Shown here: positions 1 through 12,475 of the stretch, piece after piece
Layout: every line of letters begins with the position of its first letter
Numbering within the stretch: position 1 is the first letter of the stretch
Origin: Octopus bimaculoides
Lineage: Eukaryota
DNA: 64,000 nucleotides
NCBI RefSeq assembly: GCF_001194135.2
Contig: NC_069001.1
Location: 19,952,552-20,016,551 of the forward strand
Direction of reading: 5' to 3'
The notes under the pieces: generated by a model
Database searches by the model: none
What the model was told of the DNA's origin: nothing
The model's input: only the letters and a program-made list of their open reading frames with translations
Position numbers and translations under genes: made by a program

Positions 1-232
1 GGCACATAAAAGACACCATTTCGAGCGTGGCCGTTTTCGTGCGGGTGACACGTAAAAGCACCCACTACACTCTCTGAGTGGTTGGCGTTAGGAAGGGCAT
101 CCAGCTGTAGAAACTCTGCCAAATCAGACTGGAGCCTGGTGTTGCCATCCGGTTTCACCAGTCCTCAGTCAAATCGTCCAACCCATGCTAGCATGGAAAG
201 CGGACGTTAAACGATGATGATGATGATGATGA
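1..232 (+). mobile_element. 3' end of young RTE-clade LINE (family A), truncated by window start
   Basis: ggcgttaggaagggcatccagctgtagaaac...gcatggaaagcggacgttaaac followed by a (GAT)n tail; the same tail follows the RT ORF at 50575-52368. Confidence 0.85.
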
Positions 233-277
233 CACACACACACACACACAATATATATATATACATACACACACATG

Positions 278-1095
278 TGCGGTGCATTCCAGAAGATTTG
301 GGACTATTTTGGATGCGACAGTTACAACTGTCCTACATTATTGTAATTTTAGTATATCATTACTGTACATCTAATAGGCTGACCTGCTTACTTTTGTTGT
401 TCCAGTATCAAGGAAATGGCTGTAACAGGACTTTGAACACATCCTACTTAACACAGCTTCTCACAGCTGACTAGTTTGCAGCATGCAGTTGAGATGTGAT
501 AAATAATTTTGTGTTAAGCTGGGAAAAGATGCTGCAGAAACTTATGAAATAATCCAGGCTGCTTATGGATTAGCTTGTATGAGCCAAGTGTCTGTTTTTT
601 CGTAGGCACAAGAGTCTAGGCCAAACAAGTCTGATCAGGTACTGATGATCCCCTTTTTCAACAGCAAGGGCCTCATCTACATCCACTGGGCTCCCTCTGG
701 ACTGGTGGTCGACAAAAAGTACTTTGAGGAGGTTTTGAGGGAGTTCAGGAAGAGCTTTCATTGCAAAAAAGCCTGAGCACCTGCACCAGTCCAGAATTCC
801 ATCCTGGCAACCAACTACTCGACAAAGATGGGCATCAAAACTGTCCCTCACCCTTCCTACAGTCCCCAAGTTGAAGGAGAACCTCTGGGGCAGTCGTTTT
901 GAAGACATTGAGAAGATGAAGGAGACTGTGGCATTGCTTTGGAAAACTTCTGTAGGTCCTTCATGAGGTGGCTGGAGCACTACAAGTGCTTTGAAGTCAG
1001 AGGATTCTACTTTGAAGGAGAATAGGGTTTTGTACTTTGAAATCAATAAATGTCTTTCCTGGAAAAGTTTCAAAACTTCTGGAAGGCAAAGCCTT
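278..1095 (+). mobile_element. Decayed, internally deleted mariner transposon
   Basis: Broken frames give CVKLGKDAAETYEIIQAAYG, LMIPFFNSKGLIYIH, KMGIKTVPHPSYSP and a GFYFEGE* end; degenerate TIRs ccagaagatttgggact / agtttcaaaacttctgg. Confidence 0.8.
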
Positions 1096-1139
1096 GCGAG
1101 TAGGTTTAGTAGACATTAACACACACACACACACACAAA

Positions 1140-1290
1140 GTTTCCATCTATCAGATCCACTCACATGTCTATGGTTGGCCTGGGGCTAAAGTGGAAGACA
1201 CTTGCCCAAGGTTCCACACAGTAGGACTAAACTCAAAGCCATGTGGTTAGAAAGTAAGGTTCTTACCATACATCCATGCCTGTGCCTATA
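1140..1290 (-). mobile_element. 5' half of abundant tRNA-derived SINE (family 1)
   Basis: gaagacacttgcccaagg...ccatgtggttagaaagtaagg matches the reverse complement of the SINE head at 43377. Confidence 0.7.
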
Positions 1291-1354
1291 TACACATACA
1301 CCGAATTTCAAATTGGGGACATCAGGGAAAAAGAGGTGAATGATTTCATGAGAA

Positions 1355-1800
1355 AAGCTAGAGCAAAGAGTAACATGGACGCCGCTCAGGCTCGAAAGAT
1401 TGACCATTATGTAAAGCTCCTCGAGGAATGTGAAGATGCAGGCTGGAAAGTGGAGCATTTTCAAATCAAAGTCAGATGTAGAAGGTTTGTTGGACACAGC
1501 GTGAGATGACTGTTGTTATCGTTAGGCCTAACTCATCGTAAAATAAATACCACCATGACCGATGTCCAAACTACAGTGAAAAAGGCTAGCCACTGGATTT
1601 GGTTTAAAACAGACGATGAGCAATGGCTAGAAGAATATTGAGTTTTATTTGATATACCAAGCGGGGGCCTCGCATCAGTGAGCCAGTGCGCATGAGAGGT
1701 AGGCCCTGAAACAGCACGCATTCTCTCCTGATGACCCCATACACTTGCTGGCTTCTGGTATGTGGTGTTCTTGACTAGTAGCACTTGCATGTGCAAGTTG
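1355..1800 (+). mobile_element. 3' fragment of HERO-like (restriction-like endonuclease) non-LTR retrotransposon with 3' UTR
   Basis: YVKLLEECEDAGWKVEHFQIKVRCRRFVGHSVR*LLLSLG...KKASHWIWFK...EEY* (stop 1639-1641) resembles the recalled HERO C-terminal pattern ECxxxGW..EVGCRGF..KASxWLW. Confidence 0.65.
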
Positions 1801-1928
1801 TTTGCAAAACATCATTGAACAATCACTTATTTGAGTATCATATTTATTTTCACAAGGAGAGGATTGATCGTGACTTTCAAATCTCAGCTTCCTTTTTGTT
1901 CTAAGACTGCAGCTTGATCTGGTTTTCC

Positions 1929-2060
1929 AAACCATTTTATATCTCAGAGATGAGATTATGTACAAAAACCCAAATGAAACTCATGAATGAAAAAGCACAG
2001 CCTTGTCTTTTTTCATTCATGAGTTTTCTTTTTACAACTCTGAGATTTGTAAACTGGTTG
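1929..2060. repeat. Imperfect ~130-bp inverted repeat with a perfect 18-bp inner stem
   Basis: aaactcatgaatgaaaaa (1977-1994) pairs with tttttcattcatgagttt (2009-2026); outer atctcagag/ctctgagat also pair. Confidence 0.85.
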
Positions 2061-2226
2061 TGGTATTTTCAGACTTCCAGTAGAAAAGAGACCAAGCTAT
2101 ACTCTCTCATTCAGCCATACTCGATTGTTAATTTACCTTTTCATACTTGGAAGGCGTTTTACAGGAAACTGTTTGGTACCATGAATTGACCAGTATATGA
2201 GTAAATTTGTAATACTTTTAGTAATA

Positions 2227-2377
2227 GCGTTAGGAAGGGCATCCAGCTGTAGAAACTCTGCCAAATCAGACTGGAGCCTGGTGTTGCCATCCGGTTTCAC
2301 CAGTCCTCAGTCAAATCGTCCAACCCATGCTAGCATGGAAAGCGGACGTTAAACGATGATGATGATGATGATGATGA
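2227..2377 (+). mobile_element. Short 5'-truncated RTE family A tail
   Basis: Identical by eye to 85-232 apart from one extra GAT. Confidence 0.85.
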
Positions 2378-2928
2378 ATATATTCACTTTATTATCTAAT
2401 ATATCAGTTTCCGTTTTCTTCTGACTTAGGAAAACTTATTGGACTATTCTCTCTCTCTCTGTATGTTTGTGTGTGTGTATATATACACACACACACACNN
2501 NNNNNNNNNNNNNNNNNNNNNNNNNNNNNNNNNNNNNNNNNNNNNNNNNNNNNNNNNNNNNNNNNNNNNNNNNNNNNNNNNNNNNNNNNNNNNNNNNNNN
2601 NNNNNNNNNNNNNNNNNNNNNNNNNNNNNNNNNNNNNNNNNNNNNNNNNNNNNNNNNNNNNNNNNNNNNNNNNNNNNNNNNNNNNNNNNNNNNNNNNNNN
2701 NNNNNNNNNNNNNNNNNNNNNNNNNNNNNNNNNNAACCGCATCAATCAGTATTTAATGTCTTTGACTACTATTAGTTGTCAATCACTCTGTAAATTCTCC
2801 CAATGAGTAATTCTGTGTTCACTTCACTGGATGGTTATATTGTCTGGAGTATATATGCTGTATAAAATTGTAAAATAAGAGAAAATAAATTTTGAGGATG
2901 AAGAAGTTCTATATCATTATAGTTGTTG

Positions 2929-2973
<45 letters not shown>

Positions 2974-2989
2974 TCACATATGCTCACAC

Positions 2990-4030
2990 ATATATACCCA
3001 TTGTGGTCCACACACTTCTTCCATTGGTGTTGCAGTGCTTGGATTCCACAGGTGAAGAAGCTTTCATCCTGTTGGTCAAAAAAGTCTTCAACAGCAGACA
3101 TGACGTCATCATCAGTGTGATACTGGTTCTCAGCTAAGTGTATTTCATGTTGGGAAACAGATGATAATCAGATGGGGTCAAATCAAGAGAATAGGGAGGG
3201 TGATCAATGAGTTCAAAGCCAATCATGCACAGGTGTTGGAGCATTGTTCTGATGAAACAAGACCCCTTTTGCCAGTTTTCCTGGGCATTTGCTCTTGATA
3301 TCCTTTTGGAACTGCCTTGGTAAGTTGGCATAGTACTCTCCATTGATGGTGTGGCCCTTTTGATAGTCAATAAACACAATGTCTTTTGCATCCCTATAAA
3401 CAAGCCATCACTTTCCCTGCAGATGAAACAATCATAGCCTTCTTTGGAGCGGGTGAGGTGGGGTGTTTCCACTGCATGAATTGTCCCTTTGGTCCTGGCT
3501 CAAACTGAACCCAACACTCATTCTGGGTTAGGAAGCGTTCAAGGAAACCAGCTGGATCTCCCACAAACAGTGTCAGATTTTCCAGTGATGTGATCAGTTT
3601 GGTGTGTTTTTGATCCACCAAGCAGAAACTTTTGTCATGCCAAGTTCATTGTGCAGAATACTCTCAACTGTCTTACAAGCTATGCTAATAGCATTGGCTC
3701 TTTGATTTATAGTCAATCGCCTGTCATCCATCAGCATGTGGTGGACATGATCAATGTTTTTCTCAGTGGTGGCAATTGCAGGATGTCCAAACCTTAGGTG
3801 ATCTTCGAGATCCCCTCCTAAATTCAGTTGCTCACTTTTGCACTGTAGATTAAGTTGGAGCATCATCGTTGCAAGCATGTGAATGTCCTTGGGGGCTAAG
3901 CCTTTTTTCTGCAGCTACTCGATAACACCATGATGCCAAATTTTGTCCATTTTCAAGAGAAGTCGCTAGTAGTTACTATTGAAGTCTTCTTTGAACAGTC
4001 AGATGTCAAATTATCTGGAAAGAAACAATA
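2990..4030 (-). mobile_element. Decayed near-full-length mariner transposase
   Basis: Broken frames give GFELIDHPPYSLDLTPSDYHLFPNMK, SAVEDFFDQQDESFFTCGIQALQHQWKKCVD, SSAGKVMA and LHNELGMTKVSAWW. Confidence 0.9.
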
Positions 4031-4064
4031 GCGTTATTAATAATAAAAATTGAAATTAATGCCA

Positions 4065-5455
4065 ACTACTCCGAAGGTGTAGTGGGTGCTTTTTACATGC
4101 CACTGGCACGGAAACCAGTCAAGGCGGCACTAGCATCGGCCACATTCGGATGGTGCTCTTTAGGTGCCACCGGCATGGGGTCACAACTGCAATTTCCATT
4201 TGATTGGAATTTGATTTGATTTTGATATTGATGTTGATGTACTTGACTCAATAGGTCTCCTCAACCATGGCATGTCGCCCTACGATCCCGGGTACTTTTG
4301 AGTGGGCTGGTTATGCAACACTGGTGTAGGTTACAGCTGTGAACTCACTTTATTTGCCGGCTCTTTTCAGTTACAGCATACCTCCAGAAGTCTTGGTCTT
4401 TTGTCATTGCCTCTGTGAGGCCCAATGTTCAAAGGTCATGCTTCACCACCTCACCCATGTCTTCCTGGGTCTCACTCTACCCCAGATTCCTTCCACTGTT
4501 TGGGAGTGGCACTTCTTCACACAGCTCTCCTCGTCCATCCGCAGTACATGACCATACCAACGCAAACGTCTCTCTTGCACACCACATCCAATGCTTCTTA
4601 TGTCTAACATTTCTCTCAGGGTGCTTACACTCTGTCATATGTGCACACTGATATTACACATCCAGATCATGCTAGTTTCATTTCTTTCAAGCCTACGCAT
4701 GTCTTCAGCAGTCACAGTCCATGTTTCACTGCCGTGAAGCATGGCAGTTCACACACATGCATCATAAAATCTACCTTTCACTCTGAGCAAGAGGCCCTTT
4801 GTCACCAGTAGGAGTAGAAACTTTCTGAACCTTTCCCAGGCTATTCTTATTCTAGTGGTAACACTCTCTGAGCATCCACCCCCACTATAGACTTGGTTAC
4901 CTAGGTAGTGGAAGCTATCAACTACTTCTAGTTTCTCCCCCTGGCATGTGATGGAATCTGTTTTCTGAGCATCTGTGGTGTTTATTGTCCCTGTGCATCT
5001 GTCGCACACGAAAGCTATCTTCCTGGTTAATCTTCTTTTGATGTTGCTGCACCTCTTATGTGTCCATAGCTTACACTGGGTACATCTCATGGAGTTTCTA
5101 TCTACCCCTTTTCTACAGATTGAGCAGGGCCACCTACCTGAAGGGGTATGTGATGTGTTTGCCTTCCTACTTACTAGAACTTTGCAACATTGACTCTAAG
5201 GCCCTTCGATTCTAAACCTTGCTTCCACACTTGAAATTTCTTCTCTAGTTCTGGTAGTGATTCTGCTATGATGGCCAGGTCATCAGCATAGAGGAGCTCC
5301 CAGGGGCAACCTGTTTTGAATTCCTCTGTTATTGCCTGGAGGACTATGATGAATAAGAGAGGGCTGAGGGCTGATCCTTGGTGGACCCCTACTTCTACTC
5401 AGAATTCTTCACTATACTCATTGCCAATCCTAACCCTACTAACGGCATCTCTGTA
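4065..5455 (-). mobile_element. 5'-truncated RTE LINE family A (RT C-terminal half plus 3' UTR)
   Basis: VGVHQGSALSPLLFIIVLQAITEEFKTGCPWELLYADD; CTQCKLWTHKRCS; LGNQVYSGGGCSES; frameshifts and stops present. Confidence 0.9.
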
Positions 5456-5719
5456 TGGGGCCTGACACACATGCACACACACATAAATGTACACAAACCT
5501 ATATGTTCATAGATAGCATTATATATACATACAAACCTGTGCATGTGTGCATCTCTTGAAAACTCCAACAGGAAGGATATGCATATAAACAGCATCCTGC
5601 ATATAAACATAGGTTTCATTTCTTGAGTGCACCTTATAATTATACTTCTACTTGTGTGAATATACACAAATACACCTACAACTGCACATGCATACACACA
5701 TGTGCGCGTGCATGCACAC

Positions 5720-7520
5720 ACATCATTTAATGTCAGTCTTCCAAGTTGGCATGTGTTGATAGTTCGATAGGCTCCATTGAGTCAAAGGACTACATGAAGC
5801 TCCAATGTTCAATGTCTGCTTTGGCATAGTTTCTATAATTGGATACCCTTCTTAATGTCAACCCCTTTGTGATGCTTTACGTGGTACCAACATTAGTGGA
5901 ATTGCCTTGTAACTCACAAATGTCCATGACTGAGCAGGAGTATAGCGGAGAGGGAAGTGGTTTTATGTTAGGTGTTGCGAGGTCTAAGTATGATGAATGG
6001 ATAGGAAGAGGTTTGTTGACGTAGAAGAAATACTATTCCAGCATTATATAATGGTGGATGGGAGTAATTTGGGTGGAGCTGGAAAGAGAGATAAATATGA
6101 TTGTGATGAGATGGATCATACTCTCAGATTATAAAGTGAATAAGAGAGTGAGGACAAAAGGACCAAGAAGGGTGGGTGGGTAAAGTTGCAAAAGTGTGGG
6201 GGGTCGGGGTGAATGGGGAACAAAGGTGGAGAAATTATAATAGATATGAGTTGGAAGGAAGGGGATGGAATGAGGGATAGATGTTAGTAGAAGTGGTTTG
6301 GGGGAAGAGTGTTGAGGTGTGGCAGTACAGAAATAGTGAAGAGGAACAGAATCATAATGTAACTGTAGATAGCATAAGGATGAGCAATAGGGTGATGAAA
6401 GATGGGGGTGGGTGGGTAAAAGTTGCAAGAGTGTGAGGGGATAGAATTTGAGAGATGTGTAGTGGAGATCAGCGGTATGTTAGGGGTGAATATAGTGAGT
6501 AGCAAACAAAGGTGGGGATAATGGACAGTGGCAGATATGAAATGGTGTCCAGAAAGATGTTTTAGTGTCATTAAAATATAGTTCAGGGGTAAGGGTGAGA
6601 TAATTGGTCGAACAAAAAGAGGATGAAATATTTAGTTGTGTTCTCATTTAATTATAGCTGCAGGATAACTTAGTAGTTAGAAGAATAATGGGAAGGGAGA
6701 TCAGAGGGCAGGGAAGAGACACTGCATGCAGGGTCAGTTGTGTGTATACACAGTGCTTTTTGAAACCAGTTTTGCTGTGATAGGCAGGTCTTCTTGAGCA
6801 CAACATATTGCTAATCATATTGTCATCTCTCCTCCGTGAGGCTCAGCATCCTGAGGTCATGACTTCACTGCTGGATCTCCCTCTTCCATAGGTCCCATAT
6901 GCATCATGTGCCCATACCAACATAGTCTTCTCTCATGACTTCTGCTTTTGCTAGTTGTTCTCTCTACACATTTGTACTCTGTTGTTTATATCATTGACAT
7001 TGCACATCCAGTGGAACATGTGTTCTTCAGTTCTTTCTAATCTTTGCAAGTCCTCTGCATTCAGGGTCCATGTTTTACTTTGTAGCATTATTTTGTACTC
7101 AAGTGTTGTATAGTCTATCTTTCACGTTTAAGGAGAGAGAACCTTTTTATTATGAACAGTAGTAATAGCTCTCTGAACTTTTCCAGCCTTTTCTTACTAT
7201 GGCTACTATACTTTTTGGACATTGTCTTCCTCCACTAATTAACTCACCTAGATATCGGAAGCTATTTATCACCTCTAAGAATCCTCTTGAGCATTTGAGA
7301 AAATCTAATTCCCATATACTTTTAGTGTTTATTGCGCCTGTGCATGTTCCAGAGACAAAGTCTACTTATTCTGTTAACCTGCTTGTGATTCCATTGCATA
7401 TCTTGTGTGTCCATAATTTGCCTTGTGTACACCATGTGGAATTTCTATCCCCTTTTTTTATATATTGAGGAAGTAAGCTGAAACTTTGCAATCACTATCA
7501 ACCTTTTCTTTCACACCAGT
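5720..7520 (-). mobile_element. Old RTE LINE family B: ORF C-terminus plus ~1-kb pyrimidine-rich 3' UTR
   Basis: RTE-like ORF remnant at 6780-7520, then a strand-biased region (purine-rich on +) homologous to 11700-13200, 28680-28990, 33840-34500 and 37330-37680, then a tail. Confidence 0.7.
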
Positions 7521-7529
7521 ATTCCTGTT

Positions 7530-8700
7530 GAATGTTGGGTCTTGTAACATTCCACCAGTACAAAGCCCCATATCTGAGAGACTTAGTTACATGTAATCAA
7601 ACAACATGCATAGCACTAACAGAAGCACATTTGATTGCTGGAATGGCAGATAGTGAGATACACAAACCAAAACATATATTTCAAATTAACAGGAGAAAGA
7701 ACTGCTGGAGTTTCGATGTCCATCTGGGAAGATGTCATGCCTGTAGTCATGCTGTCACACTTCAACATACTCTGGCAGTACACATTAAACAGATCGAAAT
7801 GGTAGTATGTACGACACACTGCTCACCAGATGCTCCAAATCATGGGGACTCATTTGAAGAGAGCCTCGAAAAGATGGAAGAAGTATTAACCAACCTAGAT
7901 GACAGCCTTCAGGAGACTTCAATATCCCTGATACCGATTGGATAAAGGCTGCCTTCTCTCAGGTATTCCATTGCATGACCAGAAGCATGTAAACTGTGCA
8001 TCACCCAACAAGGAGTCAAAATGTTCTGAACCTCTGCTTCACAAGTAACACAGCATTCATCCATAATGTTATAGGGACACTGATCATTTTTTCGGGTTAT
8101 AACTTTGCAGAATTAACAATGTATGGTCTGCAGACGTGCAGGTTGCTAGAAGCACCTGACTCCTTTTCTGAATGAACTTTCATAAAGCTGATTGGAAAGG
8201 TGGTCTATTAGTCTCTCTATGAATGATATTGACATAAAGCTACAGCACTTTATGACAATCATGCATGACATATGCTGCAAGTTTGCTCCAGGGATAATGT
8301 CAAACTGACAAAGACATAATTCTCAGGGATAGGAAGATTCTAGTAAGACAACAAGTAAAGATCTCAAACTGTCTAGATGGACCACTGAAAGATAGTGAAG
8401 AATCCTATCTCAAAGAAATATTGCTTGAGATTGAAAGTGAACTTCAGCACTCCTATGCAAAGGAGAAAGCAGAAAGAGATGCCAGGGCTGTAAAAAATGT
8501 AATGATAAACTCTAAAGCCTTCTATGGATTTGCAAAAGAGTTTGCTTCAGTATGGTACAAGATAGAGCCCCCTCTTCAAAGAAAATGGCTTACTGACTGC
8601 AGATCCTCAGAAGATAAAGGAAATACTGAAAGTGCAATATAAAAGTGTTTTCACAACTTTGTTGGGACACTAGCAAATAGCTATGCCTGATAAGTTCTTT
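7530..8700 (+). mobile_element. Decayed APE-endonuclease LINE fragment (CR1/Jockey-like)
   Basis: CIALTEAHL..SEIH (endonuclease-like); SFEESLEKMEEVL; KNVMINSKAFYGFAK. Confidence 0.65.
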
Positions 8701-9029
8701 GGCACCACAGTTCTATCACTATAGAACACTGTAGATTTTTATACCATAAGAAAGAAATTCTCATGAATTCAATATGGTCATTGCCAAATCTGGCCACATG
8801 ATGGAAAAGTGCAAAGTCAATAATTAAGAGGATAGTACTATCACAACTGCTTGTATAGGATTAATGCATACTAATGCTACTTGTCAAACATGTATTCCTG
8901 CATGACAAGACATCAAACAGAACATGAATGCAAAGCCTTAGATATCATGTTTGAGCCAGAATTTCAAGAAATGGACAAACTAATTACTATAACATGTTTC
9001 TACAAAAATTGCACTAAATCAAGCTATGT

Positions 9030-9560
9030 AAGTCTTCTACATACAGTCTACTTTCTCTGTTAATCTTCCTGTGGTCCTACTGCATTCTTGTGTGTCCATA
9101 GTTTACATTGAGTATACCACATGGAATTTCTGCCTATACCTTTCTTACAAATCAGGCAGGGCCATTAACTGATGTTTTCCTAACTCTAATTTTAGTCTTT
9201 GCTGAGTTAACTATAAGGTGTTTTGGTTTCAGGTTTTGCTTCTACACCTGGAATTTTTTCTCTAATTCTATTACAGATTCTACCATGAGAACAAGATCAG
9301 CATATAATAGTTTCCAGGGGCAACCTATTTTAAATTCCTCTGTTATGGCCTGGAGGAGGACTGTGACAAATAGTAGGGGACTGTGAACCAAGCTCTGGTG
9401 AATTGAAGCTTTTCAATACCTAGTTTTAGTTCCATGTCTGGAACTCCTTCTCCAATTCTTCCATAAATTCTGCTATAAGAACAAGTTAATCAACATACTA
9501 GAGTTCCCATGGTCAGCCAGTATTTAATTCCTATTATAGTTTGAAGGATTACAGGCAGGA
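9030..9560 (-). mobile_element. Decayed RTE LINE RT fragment
   Basis: Homologous to 4900-5400 (ccaggggcaacctattttaaattcctctgttatggcctggaggaggact). Confidence 0.75.
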
Positions 9561-9714
9561 GAGGATTGAAGATCAAACATTGATGGAAGCCTACCTGCAC
9601 ACTAAATTCATCACTGACTTGCTGACCACCCCTTTGCACATATCTTGTATGGTCCTCATAAGTCATGCATCTTGTTAAAAATTTGTAGAACTAGTTAACA
9701 TAAATATATATATA

Positions 9715-9930
9715 ATCATCATCTAATGTTATTTTTCCATTCTTGCATGGGTCAGACAGAATTTGTGGAAGTAGATTTTTCTATGGTCAGACACCTTTCC
9801 TGTCACCAACCCCCACTTGTTTCCAGGTAATATTTCCCTTGCCCAGACATGTTTTCATGGAAGACTGGAAACAATCAACATTGCTTGTATGATGGTATTG
9901 CTCATTTACATGATATCAAAGCAAAGGTAC
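9715..9930 (-). mobile_element. SINE family 1 variant with RTE-like tail (3' part)
   Basis: catcatc..ttccattcttgcatgggtcagacag...ccaacccccacttgtttccag; homologous to 47912-48200 and 52385-52600. Confidence 0.65.
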
Positions 9931-9934
9931 ATCA

Positions 9935-10910
9935 TCATCATTTAACATCCGTTGTCCAGCATTTCTTTACACAATTGTCATCCCTACACATCACATGGTT
10001 TTCTTACTTGCATATTACATTTGACTCTTCTTATGCCTGATTTTTCTCTTGCTGCGTTTGAACTTTTGTTTATGCACACTTACATTGCACATCCATCAGA
10101 GCATGCTAGATTCATTTCTTTTCAGTTACCTTATATCCTCTACATTTGAGGTTCAGGTCTCATTACTCTGCAACATTGTGGTTCTAACACAAATACCCTT
10201 TATTCTGAGCAAAAAGACCTTTGTTGCCAACAATGGTAGTATATCCTTGAACTGTTTTTTGAACTTTTCTTAACTTGGCTACTATACTCTAGAAACAACC
10301 ACCTCCCTTGCTAATTACATCTGGGTTACAAATGCTATCAACTACTTTTAATGAGGCATTCAGACATTTAATAGAATATATTTCTTGTGTGCTCATAGTA
10401 TGTACTGCTTTCGTGCATTTGTCACATATGAAGTTTACTTTCTCTGTTAGTCTACTTATGATTCCATTATATCTTTTGTGTATCCATAGCTTACACTAGA
10501 TATAGTATGTCAATTTTATACCTGCTCCTTTTCTGCGTTTTAAGCAAACTAGTTTCTCTGAAGATATTAGAGTTTTGTCTTCATTGCTACTTCATAAAAC
10601 CTTAATTTTTACTAAGTTTATCTTGAGACCTCTTGAGTCTAGGTTTAGCTTCAATGCCAGGAATTTCTTCTCTAATCCCACTATAAATTCAGTTTTGTGA
10701 ATTAGATCATCAGCCTATAGGAGTTCCCATGGACAGCAAGTCTAAAACTCCTCTATGGTTAGCCTGTAGGTCTATGATGAATTGAACCTTGCTATATTCA
10801 TGACTAGTCATGTGAGGCATATGGATGAGGACAGCTGTGTAAAGAAGTGGATGGAATTTAAGAGACCCTGAAGGACAAGGGACTGTAATCATAGGATGAT
10901 GAGCCACAGT
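9935..10910 (-). mobile_element. Decayed RTE LINE fragment
   Basis: Colinear with 4500-5400 (ggagttcccatggacagcaag...cagctgtgtaaag). Confidence 0.7.
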
Positions 10911-12239
10911 TGATGAAATAATGTGTTGAAGTTAGTTCTTCATCATGTTTTCATATATTTATTGTTACTAGGTACAATAGAGCAAAAAACAAAAAGACTA
11001 GAAAAAACAGAGTTCATTTCACTGTATCGTATACAGATTGTTCTATGTGGTGGCCAAACAAAAATTGGGCATGACAGAAGTTTCATTGACTTTTTGGTGG
11101 TAGTATCAGTTTTGCAATCATGCTTTGCCTCATGACTCCATATATTAGCTTTCTGTTGTCTTTACTTGTCAATAGCATCTTGTCTCTTGGTATCAGCTTG
11201 TTGCTCACTAGCTGTTAACCAGATCAAGTCTAGTTGTGTTCATGTCACTTCTGCTGACAGTGTTTGATTGACTACTGCCTGTTGTTTACTAGTCTTTTTA
11301 TAAACTGTGATTAGCATAATCAAAGTTTGATTTCCAGTTAACAATTTTGGATTTGTTAGAATTTTTGCTGACATTAATTATTTGGTTAATTTTTTCTTAG
11401 TACCATGTTAGCTGTGAGTTGTCTTGACCAGATTCCAAAAATTTCTAGAAAACCATTGGTCAGATTAGTACTGAAGTGACAAAATACCAGTTGCAACTTC
11501 ATGTCTGCAAGCCTAAAAGTCCAAGATTGAATTCTGGTATAGATCTACTACAGGATGAAGTAGTGAAGGCTGATTTGAAAATATTGAACCTCGTAGAAAA
11601 GATCACAAAAAGACTGAGATCAATGGTGATCCATTTTGCTCAAGAAGATCCATCATGATGAAAGTGAGGTTCTTAAAGCATGTTTATGAAAATGCACTCA
11701 TTGGGCCAAGCCCCTGCAGTCACTCTCTCTACATCAAGCTTTCCTCACTTCTTATCTTCCTAACACCCATTCTTCCTGCAGGACTATTCAGCTACTGTGA
11801 TCAGAGGAGAGCAGAACTACTTACATTTCATCCACTTTTGTTCTCCCAGTTATCCCTTTCCCTGGAACTACTTCCTTTAAACATCTATCCCTTATTCTCA
11901 ACATCATCCCTTTCCTCTTATATTCCACCAATCATACCTCCAGTTATATAACTCTCTCTCCACTGAGCTACACGTAGGACTGCCATACATCATCTTTATC
12001 ACCCTCTCATAGCTGTCATAGATGCTCTCTCACTTTTGTCCTCCACTCTTTATAGCCACCTCTACATACTTCTAATCTCTATCTCTGTCACTGTACATCT
12101 CTCTCCCCTCTTCTCCCACATCATCTTATTTCTGATCTGTATACAGATTTATTATGTTGCTGCTCTCCACCTTTCCTGTACTGCCACTTACCACCTATTT
12201 CTTTCACCCCTACTCCATCTGGAGATTTACCATTGATTA

Positions 12240-12475
12240 CACTGGACTGCGTTGTGTGTTGTGTTCTTGAGCAAGACATTTTATTTCATGTTGCTCCAGT
12301 TCACTCAACTGTAGAAATGAGTTGTGATGTCATTGGTGTCAAGTTGTATCAGCCTTTGCCGTTTCTTTGGATAACGTTGTGATGGCTTGGAGAGGGGAGG
12401 CTGGTATGCATGGGTGACTGCTAGTCTTCCATAAACAACATTGCCCAGACTTGTGCTTCAGAGGGGAACTTTCTA
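12240..12475 (+). mobile_element. SINE family 2 body
   Basis: ttgctccagttcactcaactgtagaaatgagttg; homologous to 16590-16854. Confidence 0.7.

Noticed and set aside
152-168. Antisense CTGAGGA-ctggt-GAAAC in every RTE-A tail resembles a hammerhead core
   Set aside because: Only 5 nt lie between the motifs with no R-Y closing pair, and there is no GUH or stem I downstream.
1700-1740. GAAAC...CTGATGA in the HERO-like UTR as a permuted hammerhead
   Set aside because: Stem II arms do not pair and there is no NUH triplet in the right place.
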